Of a stretch of DNA of 64,000 nucleotides, positions 57,973 through 64,000 are shown piece by piece. Below the pieces are notes generated by a model that was not told the DNA's origin, searched no databases, and saw nothing but the letters and a program-made list of their open reading frames with translations. Made by a program: the position numbers and the translations under genes. This stretch comes from Verrucomicrobiota bacterium (GTDB taxonomy: Bacteria > Verrucomicrobiota > Verrucomicrobiia > Limisphaerales > CANJXF01), in assembly GCA_038214755.1 (NCBI GenBank), contig JBBQRQ010000004.1:40369-104368 (forward strand), written 5' to 3'. Position 1 is the first letter of the stretch. The number at the start of each line of letters is the position of its first letter.

Positions 57973-58382
57973 ATTGTTGGTCGGTATGCAATGCCCCAAA
58001 TGCGTAGAAGTTCCCGATAGCCGGTGTCAACTCCCTCATCAAACTTTATCATTTGATATTGAGCAAGCGTCCAGGATAGCTGCCCGTAATCACAAGGGGA
58101 CAAAAGCAGCGGAAGGATTTCGTATTGCTTTTGCTGCAACGCAAAAACCAATTCCCGTTTGACCCAAATAGAATTTACGGAATTCGGAGAAAGAATTGGT
58201 AAGAACCAGTCGCACCGCTTCAACGCTGCTCCAATTTCATCATGCCATTTTTCTGAGCCAACAATGTCGGTTTGGCTGAACCAAATTGGAATTCGATGTG
58301 CGCGCAAAACCTCCACCAAACGAGTGGCAAAAAGATCGTCAGCGGAGGAATGCGACAAAAAAACTTCTTTTGGAAACAGCAT
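57969..58382 (-). CDS. Standalone TIR-domain protein (TIR_2-like)
   Basis: VFLSHSSAD, W...DI..S..W..EI, LSPNSVNSIWVKREL. Confidence 0.88.
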   Translation of the reverse strand: MLFPKEVFLSHSSADDLFATRLVEVLRAHRIPIWFSQTDIVGSEKWHDEIGAALKRCDWFLPILSPNSVNSIWVKRELVFALQQKQYEILPLLLSPCDYGQLSWTLAQYQMIKFDEGVDTGYRELLRIWGIAYRPTI

Positions 58383-58396
58383 CGGGATGAAAGGAC

Positions 58397-58804
58397 TTAC
58401 GCCGGCACGAGAAGGGCGTGAGAGATTTTTGTGATGGCGTCTTCAATTGCGTCATCTACCACACGAATGGTTTTGAACCGGCGCAGGCTTTGAGGAATGG
58501 CTTCAAGTGGAATTTGATTGGCCGACCCAACCAAAACGGGAATGACTCGGTCGCGATAACTCTGCCTGCCCAAAGCGAACCCGACCTCTTGCAAGACCCA
58601 GCCTGCTTCCAAAGCATCCGGCGTCAACAGGGCGATCATCGCTTGAGATTCGTTGAGGGCGTTGGAAACTTTTTCGGCCCAGTTATCCCCTGGCAAAACT
58701 TCGATTTCCGCCAACCAGGCGTGCAAACCTTCTTTGCGCAATCCCTTGGCGAACTTCCGCGCTAAATCTGCGCCTTGTTGAGTGTGGCTGATGAAAACTT
58801 TCAT
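58397..58804 (-). CDS. Standalone TIR-domain protein (TIR_2-like)
   Basis: MKVFISHT, PGDNW, LLTPDA..AGWVLQEV, RVIPV; TTTACG-N16-TATATT-N6-ATG upstream. Confidence 0.88.
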   Translation of the reverse strand: MKVFISHTQQGADLARKFAKGLRKEGLHAWLAEIEVLPGDNWAEKVSNALNESQAMIALLTPDALEAGWVLQEVGFALGRQSYRDRVIPVLVGSANQIPLEAIPQSLRRFKTIRVVDDAIEDAITKISHALLVPA

Positions 58805-58888
58805 GGGAGAAATATATAGATTGGCGGCGCTCCGTAAAATCATTTAACCATCACAACTTTCAGAAATCTCTCCGCCACGAGAACCATC

Positions 58889-59644
58889 TCACTTCAAAGT
58901 TTTGATTCGAATATTTTTGAACTCCACCGTCATCGGCGGGCCCGCGTGAAGTTGCAACGCGAGCACGCCAGACTTCGCCGCTTTTGCGTCCTGTTCATCC
59001 GTCACGTCCACGGTTTGTTTGCCATTGATGAAGTGCTGCAAATGATTTCCTTTCGCGATGACGACGTAATCATTCCAATCTTCTTTTTTTATCGCGTTCT
59101 GAATTTCGTCGGAGTCGCCCACGGAACCCGCCACTTCAACTTTTGTTTTTCCGTCGTCTTCTTTAATCACGGTTTTTTGTCCGCGTTGCGCGAGGATGCC
59201 GCGACCTTTTTCCTCGTAAAGAATGCCGGAATACGTTGTGCCGGCTTCGAAGTCGGCTTGATAACCAGCGACGACCCAATATTCCGGCTTCACAATTTTG
59301 CTGCGATATTGAATGCCCGAGTTGGCGAAACCTTTGTCGTTGTTCGGCGAAATTTTATACGAGCAACGCAACTCGAAATCGCCGACGGTGCCGTTTGTCC
59401 AAACCAAAAAAGTATTTTCTTTGGCCGGATTTTCCGCAGTGGTTTGGCCGACAATTGCGCCGTCTTTGACTGACCAGAATTGTTTGTTGCCGTCCCAGCC
59501 GGAAAGGTCCTTGCCGTTGGATAAATTTTTAAATCCCTTTTCGAGGGGACGAGTGTCGAGTAAAGAAACATTTCGCTCGCTGGCTTGAGCAAACGCATTC
59601 AAACCAGCCGCTCCGAGGACGCCTAATAATAAGAATATTTTCAT
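58889..59644 (-). CDS. DUF1080 (3-keto-disaccharide hydrolase-like) exported protein
   Basis: NGKDLSGW, DFELR, NSGIQYRS, GYQAD, WNDY, LALQLH, FKNIRIK. Confidence 0.9.
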   Translation of the reverse strand: MKIFLLLGVLGAAGLNAFAQASERNVSLLDTRPLEKGFKNLSNGKDLSGWDGNKQFWSVKDGAIVGQTTAENPAKENTFLVWTNGTVGDFELRCSYKISPNNDKGFANSGIQYRSKIVKPEYWVVAGYQADFEAGTTYSGILYEEKGRGILAQRGQKTVIKEDDGKTKVEVAGSVGDSDEIQNAIKKEDWNDYVVIAKGNHLQHFINGKQTVDVTDEQDAKAAKSGVLALQLHAGPPMTVEFKNIRIKTLK

Positions 59645-59663
59645 AAAAAAATTACTGCGAAAA

Positions 59664-59912
59664 TTATCTCTGCAACGCTGGTTCAGAAGGAGTGGTGAGA
59701 GCGCGCTGAATTTTAGCCGGCAACTCTAGCGCCTCAAAATAAGTCGCGGGATAAAGATAATCCTCGCCCGAGTCATCGATGATTCGCAGCAAGCCATCAG
59801 CAGCCGCCGCGTCATCTCGCCGCACTTGATAAATCTTGCGCGGAATGAGATCGCACTCCGCCTCGTTCTGCACACAAACGACGAACTGATCCGATAGGTT
59901 TTTTTGTTTCAT
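59664..59912 (-). CDS. Small acidic protein (IDDSGEDYLYP type), putative antitoxin/immunity protein
   Basis: RKIYQV..D......LLRIIDDSGEDYLYPATYF. Confidence 0.75.
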   Translation of the reverse strand: MKQKNLSDQFVVCVQNEAECDLIPRKIYQVRRDDAAAADGLLRIIDDSGEDYLYPATYFEALELPAKIQRALTTPSEPALQR

Positions 59913-59915
59913 GCT

Positions 59916-60149
59916 TCAATTGAGATAACGTTTTATTTTCATCTGCCGCCGGCCAATGCCGTGCGCTTCATACCAGTGCAACTCGACGCGACGGGTGACT
60001 CCAATATTCAGACGAACAATAGCCACGCCTTTTAATTTTCGCCATCGTCCCACCCCGTAGCGACGGCGCAATCGTGCCAAATCCCGAATCCCATGTCCGG
60101 TCGCAATGATTTCAATTTCGGTGATTGAACCAACGACTTCAAAAAACAT
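59916..60149 (-). CDS. Small basic protein (WRKLKG/ELHWYEAHGIG type), putative toxin
   Basis: IATGHGIRDLARLRRRYG.GRWRKLKG...ELHWYEAHGIG...KIK; ATG at 60149. Confidence 0.75.
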   Translation of the reverse strand: MFFEVVGSITEIEIIATGHGIRDLARLRRRYGVGRWRKLKGVAIVRLNIGVTRRVELHWYEAHGIGRRQMKIKRYLN

Positions 60150-60163
60150 TGTTCTAAAAAATT

Positions 60164-61060
60164 TTAGTAAATTGTGGGCGGATACATCGACGGATCCCAG
60201 GCGTAGAGTTGTTTCGTCGGCAATGTTTTGCGCAAAAACTTCAAACCTTTCACCGCGATTTCCTGCGTGGTCGGTTCCATGCGCCGCCAAATGGCCGCCG
60301 CGCGCGCGATGACTTTCACATCCGTCGTGAACGACTCGATCACCACGTCGCCTTGATAATTGATGTCGCGCAACGCCTTCACAATCGCCTTCCAGTCGAT
60401 GTGGTCGTTGCCCGGCGTGCCGCGGTCACTGCCGCACGCGTGAAAATGTCCGAGCAATCTTCCCGCTTTGCGAATCGCTTTGGCCTGATCCTTTTCTTCG
60501 ATGTTCATGTGGAAGGTGTCGAGGTGCAATTTGAGGGCGGGACTGTTCACGGCCTTGATCATTTTCAAACCTTGATCGCAGGTATTGATGAAATCGGTTT
60601 CAAAACGGTTGAGCGGTTCGAGGCAAATTTGTTTTCTATTTTTCTCGGCATATTTCGCCAAAGTTTTCAAATGCTTCACCACCGTTTTCCATTGGCGTTG
60701 ATATTCTTTTTCCGGGACGGCATCGGCGCGACCCACTTCTGAATAAACCGGGCCGATGAGCGAAGGACAATCGAGCACGTCCATTTGATCGATCAGCTTC
60801 ATCATGTAGGTCAGCGCGTTTTTCTGGTGCGCTGGCGTTCCGCGCAAATCGCGTCCGCTGCCCATGCACGCGCAGACTGAGCCGCAGACCAAATCGTTTT
60901 TGACCAACTCGCGTTTCACGTGCGCGGGGTCGATGTGCGACGGGTCTTCGATAGGAATTTCCACCGTGTCGAATCCCCATTTTTTGAAGCGCGGAAAAAG
61001 TTTCGTGCTGTCGTTGGTGAACGGTGAGGTGAACAAAAAAGTGTTGATGCCGATTCGCAT
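60164..61060 (-). CDS. Sugar phosphate isomerase/epimerase (ketose 3-epimerase-like, AP_endonuc_2)
   Basis: EPLNRFET, LDTFHMNIEE, HFH, DRGTPG, IESF. Confidence 0.9.
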   Translation of the reverse strand: MRIGINTFLFTSPFTNDSTKLFPRFKKWGFDTVEIPIEDPSHIDPAHVKRELVKNDLVCGSVCACMGSGRDLRGTPAHQKNALTYMMKLIDQMDVLDCPSLIGPVYSEVGRADAVPEKEYQRQWKTVVKHLKTLAKYAEKNRKQICLEPLNRFETDFINTCDQGLKMIKAVNSPALKLHLDTFHMNIEEKDQAKAIRKAGRLLGHFHACGSDRGTPGNDHIDWKAIVKALRDINYQGDVVIESFTTDVKVIARAAAIWRRMEPTTQEIAVKGLKFLRKTLPTKQLYAWDPSMYPPTIY

Positions 61061-61161
61061 AGAAGTTTGATAGAGGCTAATTAAACAGGATGCGCTGTCA
61101 AAGAAGTTTTCCGAAACGAATCCTGCTTGGAGGCATCGGAAAATGGAGATATAGATTTCAC

Positions 61162-61407
61162 ATGGTCATCAAATCGATTCGCGAATTTAATCACGCAGTT
61201 CCGTTCAAGCCGTACGAAATCCGAATGGCGAGCGGTGAGCAATATGTTGTTCCTCATCCGGATTTCGTCACAGTCTCGCCGAAAGGTTCATTCGTCATCG
61301 TTTTTGGCGAGGACGAGGATCCTCATCACCTAAGCTCGATTCTGATTGAAAGCGCTTCCCCGCTAAACGGAACTCGAGGGCGTAAGGGTGCGAAGCCCTC
61401 GCGTTAA
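61162..61407 (+). CDS. Small hypothetical protein (PFxPxxIxMxSG..VPHPD type)
   Basis: AVPFKPYEIRMASGEQYVVPHPDF; TTGGAG-N17-TATAGA-N6-ATG upstream. Confidence 0.75.
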   Translation: MVIKSIREFNHAVPFKPYEIRMASGEQYVVPHPDFVTVSPKGSFVIVFGEDEDPHHLSSILIESASPLNGTRGRKGAKPSR

Positions 61408-63245
61408 CGAGCGTCAGCAACTCGTTCAGCGGAAATTTTTCCTGGCTCATACCATTCCCCCCGCAGCCAATTCACGAGCAAGTCGATGGATGGTGCATCG
61501 AGAATTTTCGATTCGCCGAAAGCCGGCATTCGGTCATTCCGTTTGCCGTAGAATTTTTCGTGCGCCGGATTGGAGATCATTTCCGTCAACCACTGGCGCG
61601 AGCCGTAGCCGGTCAAATCGGGAGCGGTCGCGTCTTCATCTTTTTTGTGGAACTGATGACACTCGGTGCAACGCATGGCCTCGCTGGACATCAACGCGCG
61701 CCCTTCCGCAATCAACGTCTCGTCGCGTTTGTCGATTTCGCGTTGCGACTGCAACTGCGCTTCCGCCGACAGCGCGACAATAACTTTTTTCAATTGCTCC
61801 CTTTGTGCTGCGGAAAAATTCGCCACATCCTTTTTCACAAACTTCGCCATCTTTCCGTCCTTGAATTTTGTGCCGCCAAAATAATCCGGCCCGCTGATTT
61901 TGTCGGGATCAAGAAGTCCGGCAATCCATTCGCGACTGCCGAAATTTTTTAAATCGGGCGCTTCGGCAGCGTTGGTCGAAACAAGACCCATTCCGTCTCG
62001 TCCGTCGAATCGATGGCAACTGGCACATTGTTTGGAAAAAAGTTTTGGCCCTTGTGTAAACGGGTCGTTGCGCAAAAGCGTCACCGCCCCGGTCGCTGGA
62101 ATTCCCAAAGGAGATTCGGCGAGTTGCTTAACACGCTCGGCATTTCGATCCGCTTCTTGGACCGAGAGAATATATTCGACGTTGCGGCGGTCTTCGGCGA
62201 TGGCCAGATAAGTCAACAGCGCGACACCCGCCAGCAAAGCCCAGAGCAAACCGAGATTGAAACGATGGCCGAGTTTCCACTTCCCCAAAAATGGCATTAG
62301 AAAAATAATCCCGATGAGAACCGTTGGGATAATGATCGCACCGATCAGCTCCGTGCCGCCGGGGAAATATTTCAGGAATTGAAAAAGAAAAAGAAAATAC
62401 CATTCCGGTCGCGCGGCGGAAAATGGCTCGGACGGATCGGCGGGCGCGCCCAAGTCGGCCCCGTGATTTCGCACGATCAGAAACAAAACGGCGGCGAGCA
62501 CCGCGAGACAAGCCACGGCGTCTTTCAGAACCTGGTCCGGCCAAAAAGTGGAATCAGTTTTTTTGAACGGCTCTTTGCCCGTGATGCCGTGCCGCCGAAA
62601 AAGATAAATATGCGCAACCACCAGAAGGATCATCGCGCCGGGCAAAACTCCCGCGTGCAGCGCAAAAAACCGGCTCAACGTGTGATGCCCATAATCCGTT
62701 CCGCCGATAATCACTTTCTGCAAACCCGGCCCGATCAGCGGAGTGATGGCGGCAATATTCGTCGCCACTTTCGTCGCCCAGAAACCTTTTTGATCCCACG
62801 GCAAGAGATAGCCGGTGAGAGAAAGCGCCAGTGTGAGAAGCAACAAAATAACGCCGAAGAAAAAATTAATTTCGCGCGGAGCTTTGTAAGCGCCGTCGAT
62901 CACCACCTGCATCAAATGGAGCACGAGCAAAATGTTCATCGCTTGCGCGGTGAAATGGTGCAGCCCGCGCAAAAACCATCCGCCCCACATTTGATTTTGA
63001 ATGTAGTAAACGCTTTCCCACGCCGTCTGCGAACTGGGGTTGTAGGCCATCCACAGGGCGAGGCCGGTGATGATTTGCACGACGAGCGTGAAAGTCAGCG
63101 TGCTGCCCCAGACGTAGCGCCAACGCGAGCCGCCCGGAATATTTTCGAAGAGCGCTTCGCGCGCGAGATCGCGATAACCGCTGCGATGATCCAGCCAATC
63201 GAAAACTTTTTGACCGCCTTTTTTTCGAGTCGGCTTGCCGTTCAT
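61404..63245 (-). CDS. Cytochrome b (bc complex) fused to a di-heme cytochrome c
   Basis: TGYLLPWDQ, RFFALH, RPEWYF; CASCH and CTECH. Confidence 0.92.
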   Translation of the reverse strand: MNGKPTRKKGGQKVFDWLDHRSGYRDLAREALFENIPGGSRWRYVWGSTLTFTLVVQIITGLALWMAYNPSSQTAWESVYYIQNQMWGGWFLRGLHHFTAQAMNILLVLHLMQVVIDGAYKAPREINFFFGVILLLLTLALSLTGYLLPWDQKGFWATKVATNIAAITPLIGPGLQKVIIGGTDYGHHTLSRFFALHAGVLPGAMILLVVAHIYLFRRHGITGKEPFKKTDSTFWPDQVLKDAVACLAVLAAVLFLIVRNHGADLGAPADPSEPFSAARPEWYFLFLFQFLKYFPGGTELIGAIIIPTVLIGIIFLMPFLGKWKLGHRFNLGLLWALLAGVALLTYLAIAEDRRNVEYILSVQEADRNAERVKQLAESPLGIPATGAVTLLRNDPFTQGPKLFSKQCASCHRFDGRDGMGLVSTNAAEAPDLKNFGSREWIAGLLDPDKISGPDYFGGTKFKDGKMAKFVKKDVANFSAAQREQLKKVIVALSAEAQLQSQREIDKRDETLIAEGRALMSSEAMRCTECHQFHKKDEDATAPDLTGYGSRQWLTEMISNPAHEKFYGKRNDRMPAFGESKILDAPSIDLLVNWLRGEWYEPGKISAERVADAR

Positions 63246-63264
63246 AAACTTCGGAAGGGCTGGC

Positions 63265-63819
63265 TCATGCCGGGATTTTTTTTTCTATGCCGGAGCGAAA
63301 ATTTTGGAAGCTCACAAAAATCTCTTCCCCGCGAATTTCCACCGGCAGCGAATCGAGCGCGCGCGGGCTGGGACTTTTTTTGTCGCGAATTTTTCCATCG
63401 AGCGTGAAGGTGCTGTTGTGGCATGGACAGAGATAACAGATTTTCGCCGGGACAAAATCGACGAAACATCCGGCGTGCGGACAAACGACGTTGAGCGCCT
63501 GGACTGTTTTCTCTCCGGTGCGCCGCAAATAAACCGCGCCGATGGGAACTTCGGGAAATTTGTTCCAGGCGTCGATCCGGCTGGAAATCACAGAAAATTT
63601 ATGCGGCTGACCATCGTCGGGCACCGCGCTGAGGGAGGCGACGCGGATGGAATCGCCCACGTTCGTATTTTTTTTCCGCAACGGATCCAGAAAAACCAAA
63701 AGGCTGGCCAAGGCTGGAATGATTCCAACCACTCCACCGATGAGAATGGCAAAAGCGCGAGCGAAAAAATCGCGGCGCGGCAGGGTCTCAGGATTTTGGG
63801 TGGCCGGTTCGTTGGACAT
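63265..63819 (-). CDS. Rieske 2Fe-2S protein of the bc complex
   Basis: PRRDFF Tat motif, CPHAGC, CPCHNS, PSPRALD. Confidence 0.92.
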   Translation of the reverse strand: MSNEPATQNPETLPRRDFFARAFAILIGGVVGIIPALASLLVFLDPLRKKNTNVGDSIRVASLSAVPDDGQPHKFSVISSRIDAWNKFPEVPIGAVYLRRTGEKTVQALNVVCPHAGCFVDFVPAKICYLCPCHNSTFTLDGKIRDKKSPSPRALDSLPVEIRGEEIFVSFQNFRSGIEKKIPA

Positions 63820-63915
63820 TGGTCGCCGAAATAAAACGGGATTTTTCTCAAAAGGCAAAACAAAGAAAGGAGGTTCTTCGACATTTTCACTGGAATAGAA
63901 GCCGGTTGTTCCCAA

Positions 63916-64000
63916 AAAGCGGTGGAGGGCCACCGCAGTCCAAGACGCTCGCGCGAATTGCGATGGCGCATGAATCGCGCGAGAGCGTCTTGGACTGCGG
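63916..64000. repeat. REP doublet, family A (cut by the window end)
   Basis: aaagcggtggagggccaccgcagtccaagacgc ... gcgtcttggactgcgg. Confidence 0.85.

Noticed and set aside
57969..58804. Complete Thoeris system
   Set aside because: No ThsA-type effector is adjacent; the LOG-family gene at 1525 is 55 kb away and looks like a housekeeping gene.
40677..63834. Long antisense ORFs (40677-41432, 56816-57631, 62379-63407, 63235-63834)
   Set aside because: They are shadows of well-supported genes on the opposite strand, with no recognisable motifs.
1..64000. Retron, DGR, group II intron or prophage
   Set aside because: No reverse transcriptase, recombinase or phage structural gene was recognised.

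Overview
Bacterial chromosomal window. The gene content (PVC-type dehydrogenase/CxxCH proteins, DUF1501, DUF1549/DUF1553, DUF1080) points to Verrucomicrobiota, probably Pedosphaera-like; this assignment is inference. The backbone is housekeeping and metabolic: aroB, ferredoxin, a LOG-family gene, tRNA-Leu, tRNA-Glu, aceE-aceF-lpdA with a lipoate ligase, zwf-pgl-tsaD, lpxD, rplU-rpmA-obgE-ychF, a Rieske/cytochrome b pair, and a sugar ABC transporter with myo-inositol oxygenase. Three accessory layers sit on this backbone. (1) Small nuclease/toxin-like cassettes are inserted between operon genes: GxxExxY, Uma2, two vapBC pairs, an HNH pair, UPF0175/DUF3368, a tandem TIR-TIR pair and an uncharacterised HWYE/IDDSGED pair. 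Most have a compact, apparently leaderless promoter. The GxxExxY gene is clamped by 32-bp inverted arms that would loop it out of the PDH mRNA. (2) There is a nested set of short palindromic repeats: several REP-like families, MITEs with TIRs and 9-bp target duplications that carry REP doublets, and REP copies translated in frame inside large proteins. (3) Two surface/secreted loci: a sigma54-type pseudopilin cassette whose large subunit has a mirror-symmetric stalk repeat, and a putative clan-CD protease with a partner gene and a 131-nt leader hairpin, lying between two genes that share an ECF-type promoter. I found no CRISPR array, integrase, transposase or reverse transcriptase. All calls come from reading the sequence and ORF translations by eye; no database searches were run.
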